The notes under the pieces are model-generated. The model saw only the letters and a list, made by a program, of their open reading frames with translations, ran no database searches and had not been told where the DNA came from. A program made the translations under genes and the position numbers. From positions 8,362-72,361 of the forward strand of contig CAYNYK010000005.1 in the NCBI GenBank assembly GCA_964401335.1: a stretch of 64,000 bases of DNA, written 5' to 3'. Below are positions 18,209 through 27,600 of the stretch, piece by piece. Position 1 is the stretch's first letter. Every line of letters begins with the position of its first letter. This DNA comes from an uncultured Planctomycetales bacterium (GTDB taxonomy: Bacteria; Planctomycetota; Phycisphaerae; UBA1845; PWPN01).

Positions 18209-20929
18209 TTATTCCTCCATCGCTTTGTTTATATCCAGTCGAACCAAATCAAGCAATTCGTCGTCACTCATTTCGGTGACCAGTTGCGGTACGCCGTCTT
18301 CCAGGATTTCGCCGGCCAAGGCCGTCTTATCCCGGATCAAGGTGTCGATCTTCTCCTCAATCGTACCCTGGCAGACAAATTTATGCACCATGACCTTGCG
18401 GGTCTGGCCGATGCGAAACGCCCGGTCGGTAGCCTGATTCTCGACGGCCGGGTTCCACCAGCGGTCGAAATGGATCACGTGGGTGGCGGCGGTCAGGTTC
18501 AAACCCGTGCCGCCGGCCTTGAGCGACAGGACCATGAACGGCGGGCCGTCCTCGCGCTGGAAGGCATCGACAATCTGTTTACGTTTGCCGACCACTGTGC
18601 CGCCGTGCAACAGGAGGCCGGAGCGGCCGAAGACCTTTTCCAAAAAAGCGGCCAATGGCGCGGTGACCTCGCGGAACTGGGTGAAGACGAGGGCCTTTTC
18701 CTGCCGCTCGGCGATTTCCTCGCACAGTTCGCGCAGGCGATGAAACTTGCCGCTGTCGTCCGGAGCGTAATCGCCGGACCCCAACCACTGGTCGGGATGG
18801 TTGCAAATCTGCTTGAACCGCATGATAAACGCCAGAATAAGCCCGCGACGGGCGATACCGGCTTCCTGTTCTTTCAATGCCTGGCTCAAGGCCCGCACGG
18901 ATTCCTCGTAAAGCACCGCCTGCTTCTTACGCAAGTGGCAAAACGCCTGCAATTCCACTTTATCCGGCAGGTCGGCGATGATCGACTTGTCCGTCTTCAT
19001 GCGTCGCAGAATGTACGGGGCCACCAGACGGCGGAGCGGGCCGTATTGGTCTGTCGTCCGTCGCTGAAGACGCTTGACGAACCCTCCGAACGTCTGGACC
19101 GAGCCGAGTAACCCGGGGCAAAGGAAATCGAAGATCGACCACAGGTCGGTCAGCCGGTTTTCCACGGGTGTGCCGGTCAGAACGATCCTGGCGTCCGCTT
19201 TCAGTTGTTTGACCGCCCGGGTCTGGCGGGCCGCCGGATTCTTGATGGCCTGGGCCTCGTCCAGGATGGCCAATGACCAGTCGATGGATGTGAGCCATTC
19301 CAGCCGGGTCAACATCGAATAGGTCGTTAAAACCGCATCCACGCCGTCCACGGCACGTTGGGGATTTTTAGCCAATGCTTTCAAGCGCTCCACCCTGCTC
19401 TGGGAGGGGTGAACGAACAGACAGCGCAGCGATGGCGCGAACCGTTCGATTTCCGCCTTCCAATTGGCCAGCAGCGACGCCGGAAGAACCAGCAAAGCCG
19501 GACGAGTCTCGTCGGTTGAATGTTCCTTCTTAAGCATCAACAGCAGGGTAAGAACCTGAATCGTTTTACCAAGCCCCATGTCGTCGGCCAGGCATGATCC
19601 CAGACGCAACCTGCTCAGCAGCCACAACCACCGGACGCCGATCTGTTGATAGGGTCGTAGCGTCGCCCTCAATTCCGGCGGAGGCACGGCGACGCTGACG
19701 TGATCCGGCCGGCGAATCTGGCGAAGATGATCCTCCAACCATGTGCCGGCCCGAACCTCCGACCAGTTGGCGACGTGTTCGTCCAAAAGCGTCGTGTCCC
19801 GGGCGTCGATAGGCGCTCCCGCCAACAGACGCATCCCTTGCAGAAAAGAAATGCCGTCCGAACCGACGGACTTCTCGACTTGTTCCCAATGCTGCAACGC
19901 TTGTTGGAGTTTCTCCTTGTCCACCTCCACCCAACGTCCCTTGAGGAACGCCAGCCCGCTCGATCCTTCCAGGATGCTCCGCCATTCTTCGGAGGTGAGT
20001 TTTTCACCATCAAGGGTTAACTCCACTTGGAAGTCCAGCATGGCGTCCGCCCCAAACCGGGCCGGCCCTTTCTGGCCGATGGCGACCCCCACGGCAACTC
20101 GGGCGGCCCGTTTCGTCCACCAGTTTGGCACGCGAACCAGTAAGCCGCAGTCTTCCAGCAGCGGCAGGTCGCGCAGCAAGCGGTGGGCTTCGCTGGGCGT
20201 CCAGGCCAGCGGCGCAAACACCTGTCCGCTTTCCACCAAATCTTTCACCCAGGTACAGCGCTCCGCCGCCCGTTGCACCGGACTAAGCAGATGGATGAGC
20301 CTTTGCTTGTTCCTGGCCCCCGCGTACTCCTGCAAGGCCCTACCAAGCGGTTGATACTGTACCCGCCCGCCATCCAGCATCTTGGGAGCGTAGGTTGCCA
20401 GAAAGGCGAACGGGTATTCCGTATCTCGTTTATTTTCGGCCAGATGAAAACAAACTCGACCCACGCGGTGCCACAGCGGGCTCCGTCGCTTAAGCCATTC
20501 GCCCAGCCCGCCGGCCTGGGTGGCAATTTCGCCGCGCACCATGCGGTCCAATTCCTCCCACAGGGCCGTCAATGTTTCGGCTCGCAGATATTCTCCCCCG
20601 CGCATGGGTGGGGCGGCGAAGACCATCTCCGCGAAATCGTCAAGGGGGGCGCTCAGCGGTTGCGTCAGGTTTTCCGCCGGTTCAGGAATATGACACAGCT
20701 CGGTCAAATATAATTCGCTCAAACTTCGCCAGAACATAAAAACGGGGGGAAGCGCGGACTTGTCCCGAAGGGTCGCCAGACATAGCAGAAGTTCACTCTG
20801 GCCTTTATTGAATGCGGCGCGAAGCGAATCGATCACCGCTTCCGGCAGGGCCGACGAGATTTCTCCCTCGACAACAACGGTATCGATCAAGTTCAAATGG
20901 CCGCTTGGTGTCAGTGTGATATCCAGCAA
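18209..20929 (-). CDS. SNF2-family helicase/translocase with large N-terminal bacterial SNF2-associated domain
   Basis: LADDMGLGKTIQ (motif I), ILDEAQAIKN (DEAQ box), TGTPVEN, LSLKAGGTGLNL, WWNPAVENQATDRAFRIGQ (motifs V-VI). Confidence 0.9.
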   Translation of the reverse strand: MLDITLTPSGHLNLIDTVVVEGEISSALPEAVIDSLRAAFNKGQSELLLCLATLRDKSALPPVFMFWRSLSELYLTELCHIPEPAENLTQPLSAPLDDFAEMVFAAPPMRGGEYLRAETLTALWEELDRMVRGEIATQAGGLGEWLKRRSPLWHRVGRVCFHLAENKRDTEYPFAFLATYAPKMLDGGRVQYQPLGRALQEYAGARNKQRLIHLLSPVQRAAERCTWVKDLVESGQVFAPLAWTPSEAHRLLRDLPLLEDCGLLVRVPNWWTKRAARVAVGVAIGQKGPARFGADAMLDFQVELTLDGEKLTSEEWRSILEGSSGLAFLKGRWVEVDKEKLQQALQHWEQVEKSVGSDGISFLQGMRLLAGAPIDARDTTLLDEHVANWSEVRAGTWLEDHLRQIRRPDHVSVAVPPPELRATLRPYQQIGVRWLWLLSRLRLGSCLADDMGLGKTIQVLTLLLMLKKEHSTDETRPALLVLPASLLANWKAEIERFAPSLRCLFVHPSQSRVERLKALAKNPQRAVDGVDAVLTTYSMLTRLEWLTSIDWSLAILDEAQAIKNPAARQTRAVKQLKADARIVLTGTPVENRLTDLWSIFDFLCPGLLGSVQTFGGFVKRLQRRTTDQYGPLRRLVAPYILRRMKTDKSIIADLPDKVELQAFCHLRKKQAVLYEESVRALSQALKEQEAGIARRGLILAFIMRFKQICNHPDQWLGSGDYAPDDSGKFHRLRELCEEIAERQEKALVFTQFREVTAPLAAFLEKVFGRSGLLLHGGTVVGKRKQIVDAFQREDGPPFMVLSLKAGGTGLNLTAATHVIHFDRWWNPAVENQATDRAFRIGQTRKVMVHKFVCQGTIEEKIDTLIRDKTALAGEILEDGVPQLVTEMSDDELLDLVRLDINKAMEE

Positions 20930-21035
20930 TCCCTTGCCTCCGCCAATTCATAATAAACGTGACCATCATAATACATATTTCTGGTGGCGGGAAAGGCCCT
21001 GAAGTAAAACGTAAGTGGATATGACAATTAACCGT

Positions 21036-22985
21036 TCACGCCGATTCGCCGGCCTTGGCCTCCCAGGCGGCGTTGAGGGCGGACAGTTCCGCGCGGAGCA
21101 GATCGACCTGTTGCCGAAGCGCTTTGGCCCGCTCAGCGTCGCGATAAATGTTCGGATCGGAGAACTGGTGTTCGACGGCCGCCACCTGTTCTTCGCGCTC
21201 GATGATCTCCTCCTCCAGCCGCGCCAGCGACCAGCGGGCGTAAGGCGCGTCATTGCTGGATTGCGTGTCGGCTTTCGACTTTGCCTTCTGTTTCTGACGC
21301 TGGCGATTGGCCCGGCGGGCGTCGGCCCGGGCTTGTTCGGCGGCGGCCCGCCTGGCGGTTTCGCGGTCGGCCAGACGCTGCTCGTACGTGCTCCAGTTGC
21401 CGGGAAGCAATTCGTATTTGGCTCGTTCCGGCAGCACAAGCAGCTTGTTCACCACGCGATCGAGGAAATACCGATCGTGGCTGACCAGCAGAATAGCCCC
21501 CTCGTAAGCGATTAAGGCCTCTTCGAGGGCTTCCTTGCCGGGAATGTCGAGATGGTTGGTCGGCTCGTCAAGAACCAGCACCTGCGGGTTTCGCCAGACC
21601 AAGGCGGCCAGGGTGATCCGGCTCTGCTCGCCGCCGGACAGGTCGCCCACTCGCTTGAACACCTCGTCACCGGTGAATAGAAACGCCGCCAGAAACGAGC
21701 GGATTTGTTTCTCCTGCGCGCTGGTATACCGCGGAGCGATGGTCTGAATGACGGTCAATTCGCGATCGAGATCGGCCATCTCCTGATCGTAGTAGCCGAT
21801 CTGAAGATTCTCGTAGAGTCGGATTTCACCGCTGTCCGGCTCCAGTCGGCGCATGGCCATCTTGAGCAGAGTGGTCTTGCCCACGCCGTTGGGGCCGATG
21901 ATCCCGATCTTCTCGCCGCGGCAGATTTCCAGATCAAGATTGTCGAACAGTACAATCTCGCCGAAAGCTTTTCGCAGATTGCGACAACGCAGCACCATAT
22001 CGCCCGCCCGCGTGGCGGGGGTAAAATCGATGGCCATTTTGCGACGATGATGCACCGGTCCCTCGATGATTTTGCCGTCGCGTTCCATGCGTTCGAGCAT
22101 CCGCAGGCGGCCGCGCGCTTGCTTGGCCCGCGATTTGTCGGCCTTGACCCGCTCGGCATATTCGCGCTGGTGGGCGAGCCAGACTTGCTGCTTTTCATAT
22201 TCGCGCTGCCCGGTGAGTTCACGGATCCGTTTGCTTTCCGCGTAATCCGAATAGCCGCAGGAATAGACGGTGATGCGTTTCCTGTCGAGATCGGCGATCT
22301 TGTCGGCCACTCGGTCAAGCAGGTAACGGTCGTGGGAGACCACGATGACCGTGCCGTGATAATCCGCCAGATATTGTTCAAGAAAGCGGGTGGCCTCGAT
22401 ATCCAGGTGGTTGGTCGGCTCATCGAGCAGGAGCAGGTCGGCCTCCTGCAGCAGCAACTTAGCCAGTGCGGCCCGGCATTTCTGCCCGCCGGAAAACGTG
22501 GCGATCGGTTGGTCGAGGTCGGCCGGAGAAAAGCCCAGCCCCCCGAGAACTTCCTTGACCAGCGTTTCGTAGCGATAGCCGCCGGCCGCCTCAAGCCGAT
22601 GGTGCAACTCGTCGTACTCGGCCATCAGTTCGTCCAGCCGATCCGTGTCGTGATGCTCGGCAATTTCCTGGCCGATATGGCTCAGCCGCTCCTCTAATTG
22701 TTGCAGATTGGCGAACGTGCCGCGCACCTCGTCGAAGAGGGTGGCCTGACTGTCCAGTTCCGGTTCCTGTGACAGGTAGGCGATCTGCAGGCCGCGGGAC
22801 CGGGTAACCTGCCCGATCTGCGGCTTGATCTCATTGAGGATCAGGCGGAACAGAGTCGTCTTACCCGAACCGTTGGGTCCGACCAGCCCGACTTTCTCGC
22901 CACGCTGGATCTCCCAATCGAGCCCGTCCAGCACCACCTGGGGGCCAAAACTGACCTGAATATCTTTTAACGCCACCAGTGACAT
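21036..22985 (-). CDS. ABC-F family ATPase (Uup/YheS-like) with C-terminal coiled coil
   Basis: Two ABC cassettes: GPNGSGKTT/LSGGQ and GPNGVGKTT/LSGGE. No TM domain. Arg/Ala-rich C-terminal helix. Start moved to MSLVALKD. Confidence 0.92.
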   Translation of the reverse strand: MSLVALKDIQVSFGPQVVLDGLDWEIQRGEKVGLVGPNGSGKTTLFRLILNEIKPQIGQVTRSRGLQIAYLSQEPELDSQATLFDEVRGTFANLQQLEERLSHIGQEIAEHHDTDRLDELMAEYDELHHRLEAAGGYRYETLVKEVLGGLGFSPADLDQPIATFSGGQKCRAALAKLLLQEADLLLLDEPTNHLDIEATRFLEQYLADYHGTVIVVSHDRYLLDRVADKIADLDRKRITVYSCGYSDYAESKRIRELTGQREYEKQQVWLAHQREYAERVKADKSRAKQARGRLRMLERMERDGKIIEGPVHHRRKMAIDFTPATRAGDMVLRCRNLRKAFGEIVLFDNLDLEICRGEKIGIIGPNGVGKTTLLKMAMRRLEPDSGEIRLYENLQIGYYDQEMADLDRELTVIQTIAPRYTSAQEKQIRSFLAAFLFTGDEVFKRVGDLSGGEQSRITLAALVWRNPQVLVLDEPTNHLDIPGKEALEEALIAYEGAILLVSHDRYFLDRVVNKLLVLPERAKYELLPGNWSTYEQRLADRETARRAAAEQARADARRANRQRQKQKAKSKADTQSSNDAPYARWSLARLEEEIIEREEQVAAVEHQFSDPNIYRDAERAKALRQQVDLLRAELSALNAAWEAKAGESA

Positions 22986-23223
22986 GCCGGGATGATATGC
23001 AAGATACCAGGCGATTGCCAATCCCTTGTTCACGATCGGTTTATACAGAGGGGAACGGGCTGTTATCACGGTTGGGTACACCCGAAATAGAGCGGCAGGG
23101 TGGCATGAGCGGGGTCCGGTACTCCGGATTCTGCCCGTGTGATACAGTAAAGCTCACCCTTTCCCCTTCACCCCTCATTCTTCATCTCTTCAAGAGCAAA
23201 CAAGGGTTTGGCCGTGCTTTTAA

Positions 23224-23694
23224 GGCCGCGCTGGCGAGCAAAAACAATCCCAAGTAAGTCGGAATCCGCCGCGCTATCTTTCCTCGGTTGCACCCGATGG
23301 CGGTCCGCACGGGCTAGGGTATATCCACGGGATCAAAAAAGTCGATCCCGACGAATGGTTCTTCAAGGCCCATTTCTATCAGGATCCCGTCTGCCCCGGC
23401 TCGCTCGGCCTGGAATCGTTTCTGCAGCTGCTCAAGATCGTCGCCTTGGAAAAATGGGGCTCTACGCTGAACGCTACCCATCGCTTCACGCCGATCCTGC
23501 TCGGCGCCGCCCACCGCTGGCAGTATCGAGGCCAGATCCTTCCCACCGGCAAGCTCGTGGAAGTCGAGGCCATCATCACCGAAATGCGCGAACAACCCTC
23601 GCCACTGATCAAAGCCGACGGTTTCCTCAAAATCGATGGCACCATAATCTACGAAATGCTTGATTTCGGGATCGCGATGGTTCCCGCGGAGTAA
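23224..23694 (+). pseudogene. 5'-truncated FabA-type (PKS/PUFA-synthase-like) dehydratase hot-dog domain remnant
   Basis: The in-frame translation reads ..APDGGPHGLGYIHGIKKVDPDEWFFKAHFYQDPVCPGSLGLESFLQL.., which is the FabA active-site motif. The frame opens right after a TAA at 23221. There is no ATG, GTG or TTG before the TTG at 23446, which lies downstream of the catalytic His. Confidence 0.55.
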
Positions 23695-23844
23695 TGGCCG
23701 ATCGGATTTAAGTCCACTGTAGGCAGAACCTACGGGCTTGTGCGCCTATGATTTGTAAACCCTTGCCAGTCAATCATCTATGAGTCCTTCCCGCTTCTCC
23801 CGGGATAATGTTATAAAAAAGGAACGAAAATACGAAAACCTTCG

Positions 23845-23873
23845 TTGCTTTTACGAAGAACTTCGTATATATT
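23845..23873 (+). promoter_or_regulatory. Predicted blaI promoter with dyad operator in the spacer
   Basis: TTGCTT (23845-50), 17 nt, TATATT (23868-73). The spacer contains the perfect dyad TACGAAG-aa-CTTCGTA (23852-23867). A second weaker dyad, acgaa-aacc-ttcgt, lies at 23832-23845. Confidence 0.5.
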
Positions 23874-23880
23874 AAAGATA

Positions 23881-23908
23881 GCTTTCAGGGGTCAGTAGTC
23901 AGCACTCA
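23881..23908 (-). repeat. Phased heptanucleotide repeat (TGANNGC)x4, minus-strand orientation
   Basis: TCA at 23885, 23892, 23899 and 23906 (period 7). Reverse-complement units are tgagtgc/tgactac/tgacccc/tgaaagc. Confidence 0.7.
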
Positions 23909-24068
23909 GTGATTTACGGAGGCCGGCAATAGCGGATAAGCAGGATCGGGGGTTTGAAAGTGGGAGGCATCAGAATACGGGGTTCTTCCCCCCGTCTCCC
24001 ATCGCCCCCTAATAAACGGCGAACGCGTTGTTTGTCGCCGCGTAAAGAACTCAAGGAGTAAAAGGAAG

Positions 24069-24443
24069 ATGCCTAAACAGAAACTCCCCCGGCCGACCGA
24101 CGCCGAGTTGGCGATTCTTCGTGTCCTCTGGCAGCGCGGCCCCAGTACCGTGCGTCAGGTGCAGGAGACACTCAACGGCGATCGGCCTACCGGTTACACG
24201 ACGGTGCTCAAATTCCTGCAGATTATGACTGATAAGGGTCTGGTCCAACGTGACGAAACGCAGCGCACACACGTCTACGCCGCTCAACTCAGCGAGGAAC
24301 AGACCCAGCGGCAGCTCGTCGGCGACCTGCTCGATCGGGCGTTCGGTGGCTCGGCCCAAAAACTGATCATGCAGGCCCTGGCCAGCAAAAAAACCTCGCC
24401 CAAGGAACTGGCGGAAATAAAAACCATGTTGGAAGAATATTAG
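24069..24443 (+). CDS. BlaI/MecI/CopY-family winged-helix transcriptional repressor
   Basis: LT.AELAILRVLWQRGPSTVRQVQETL.....GYTTVLKFLQIMTDKGLV.R and the family-typical 124-aa length. Directly upstream of an M56 sensor gene. Confidence 0.9.
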   Translation: MPKQKLPRPTDAELAILRVLWQRGPSTVRQVQETLNGDRPTGYTTVLKFLQIMTDKGLVQRDETQRTHVYAAQLSEEQTQRQLVGDLLDRAFGGSAQKLIMQALASKKTSPKELAEIKTMLEEY

Positions 24444-24570
24444 GAGAATGCGTAACGCGTATCACCTGCCAGCCCGAAGCGCAAGCGAGGGAAACATCCC
24501 AGAGGTAAACGAGGGGGCGAAAGGGAGACAAGGAGAGGGGGACATGACCAACACAGGATAAGCCGAATAC

Positions 24571-24608
24571 TGAATGCGATTGGCTGATTGCTGACATCTG
24601 TCAACTGA
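24571..24608 (+). repeat. Phased heptanucleotide repeat (TGANNGC)x5-6, plus-strand orientation
   Basis: TGA at 24571, 24585, 24592 and 24606, with degenerate units at 24578 and 24599 (period 7). Located in the blaI-blaR1 spacer. Confidence 0.7.
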
Positions 24609-24632
24609 AGGCTCTTTCGAAAGGGAAGCACA

Positions 24633-27600
24633 ATGGACACTTTCGCATCGATGTTGACGCATCCGCTGGTGCAGCGCCTGGGGTGGGCCTTGCTGCACTC
24701 GCTCTGGCAGGGGCTGTTGGCGAGCCTGTTACTGGGATTTTTCCTTTTCTTCGTGCGCCGCCGGTCGGCCGGCGCGCGTTATCTCTGCTCGTGTGCGGCC
24801 TTGATGCTGTCCCTGGCCATGCCGACGGCCACCCTATTCCTCGTCCACGTTCCGCACCATGCGGGGTGGATATCGCCCGCTCCTTCTGAACTCCCCTTGC
24901 CAAGCGAGGCACCCAATGAAACTCCGGCATACAGCCCCGGGATGATTGAGGCGAGTATTCCGCCCCGCGCAATGCCGCCATCGGCCGTCATACCGGTTAC
25001 ACCAACAACGCCTTCGTCGGTGGGTATCTCCGAACGTCTCGAACCGTACCTGCCCTGGGCGGTCTTGCTCTGGCTGGTTGGCGTGTGCATTTTATCGCTG
25101 CGCTTGCTCGGCGGTTGGGTCAAGGTCCAGCGGATCAAGCGGCGTTGCGTGCAGCCGGCCGCCGCCCAATGGCAGGAAATGCTCGATAATCTGATGCACC
25201 AGTTGCGAATTTCGCGTCCCGTGCGGCTGCTGGAATCTGCGCTCGTGCAGGCCCCGGCCGCCATCGGTTGGCTCAAGCCGGTCATTCTCCTGCCCGCCTG
25301 CGCCCTGTCCGGCCTGACGCCCGATCAATTGCGGATGATCCTGGCTCACGAACTGGCCCACATCCGCCGTTACGATTACCTCGTCAATCTGCTCCAGACG
25401 GTCATCGAGACTCTGCTGTTTTATCACCCGGCCGTCTGGTGGATTTCCCGCCGTATCCGCGCCGAGCGGGAAAACTGCTGTGACGACATCGCCGTCGCCG
25501 CCGGCGGCCGCCCGCTCGACTACGCCCGGGCACTTACCGAGTTGGAATCCCTTCGCGGCCCGTCCCCGTCCCTGGTCGCCGCCGCCTCCGGCGGCTCGCT
25601 GCTGGAACGCATCCGACGCATCCTGAATCTCCCCTCCGCCGGTCACAATTATCTCAGCCGCTCGCTGGCCGGCTTGTTATTAATCTCCATCATACTCACC
25701 GCAACCATCAGCCTGCATCTCTATTCCGATGTAGGATGGGCATCGGAAGTCCCATCCACCACCCGGCCGACCAACGACGACCCCTCTTCCGAACAGGTCC
25801 TAAACGTGACCTTTCGAGACGCCGGCGACCTCAACCAACTGGTCCGCAGCGGCGGCAACTGGAAAATCAAAAACAACGAACTGCTCGGCACCTGCGGCGG
25901 CGATCAAAGCTGGGCCACCTGTCGCACCTCCTTCAAACGGATTTCTTCGGTCCTGATTCGCGGGCAAATCGTGCCGCCAAGTACGCAGAATTTCCGTGTC
26001 TGGGTCGGTCCGATTCACCTGATTTTCAACTGGGAAATGGCCGACCAGAACCATTACCGCACCAACCAGGAACTGACCGTGACCCAACCCCACGCTTTGA
26101 CCGCGGGGCAATGGCACGATATCGAGTTTAAGCAGAATGATAACAAGGTGGTTGTTACGGTCGATGGAAAAACCGTCTACCAGACCACGGCCGAGTTGGC
26201 CGGCACAATCTCCGTGCAGTCCGCCTGGAACTCCACCATCGCTGTTCAACAAATACGCATCGTCGGCGTACCTGACCCGGCCGTCAGGGTGGAGCCGCTG
26301 GCCAAACCACTTCCTGATGCCGCCCCACTTACGCGCCAACCAGACGCGGTCGCGCGCAAGCCCAAGCCTGATCTATCGAAATGCGGAACCCTCACCACCA
26401 AGGTGACCGATCGCGACGGCCAACCCGCGGAGGATGTGAGCGTATTTATCATTTCCGCGGACCAGTCCGCCGGGCTCGTACAAACAAACCAGGAGGGTAT
26501 CTTCAGTTCGGATCATGCTCCGGCCGGCCGTTACACCGTCGTGGCTTTCAAAGGCAACAGGCCTCCGGCCAAGGGATGGAAAGATCATCAGGGATACCTC
26601 ATGGGCGCGAAGCGCGACGTGCAGGTCACGGCCGGCGAAACCACCACCGTGCAGTTGCAGCCGCCCGGGACGGCCAACCTGGATGTCACCTTGGCCAAAC
26701 CCGATCCTTACCACCTGGAGTGGGGCATTGTGTTGCTGGCTCTCTCGCCCATCGAACTGCCTACCGGGCAGACGGGGAAAGCCGCCGCTTTTCCGATACC
26801 CGCCGATCTGCTGGGTATGTTTTTCGTCGAGCCGGGCAAGCCCTGCACCATCCACAACCTGCCCGAAGGCCTGATTCACGTCCGGGCCACTCCTTCCGAT
26901 CCCGGCCCGATGGACTTCTCGTCAAATATCGCCATCACAATCCGAGCCGGGCAGAAGAATACGCTCGACCTGCAACTGACGCCCCGTAACCGCTTCGAGG
27001 GCAAACTGGAGTTCGATAAGGATGTTAAGATCGGCTTATCCGCTCCGGCGGGGGACACGAAAGACGGGGTTTCTCTGTTGACGATGAAATTCAGCAGGCG
27101 GGATAACCAACTGTCCGCGGAGATGAAATTGGGCGTCATTTCCTGGCCTAAAACGAAGTGGCGATTCACGGTGGATCTGCTGGACAGTCAAGGCAAGGTG
27201 CTGAAATCAATCCAAAATATCTTTGAAAACAGCGGGATTGCATTAGGTTTCGCTTTGTTGGGCTCCGAAAAACTTGAATTAAATCTGGGCCCCTGGTCGG
27301 ATGTCTCCGCCGCCACGCGCTTCGCGGTCAGCATCGAGCAAATCAGTTCACAAACCCCCACCCGGCCGGCGGCCGTTCCCGCCGAATTCGACTTAAATCA
27401 AAAAGAGCTATTTTTCCACGGCCTTGATCTGAGTAAGGCGCCGGTTGAAACAAATGTTCGGCGACTGCCGGACTTGTGGCATGCAGTCCCGCCCGGTAGT
27501 GGATCCTACGAAAGACGGCCGGAAGTGCAACTATTCGGTTCTGGTTTGGACGGTGTTGTGTATTGGCTACCAGACCAGAACATGTTCTATGTTCAACATG

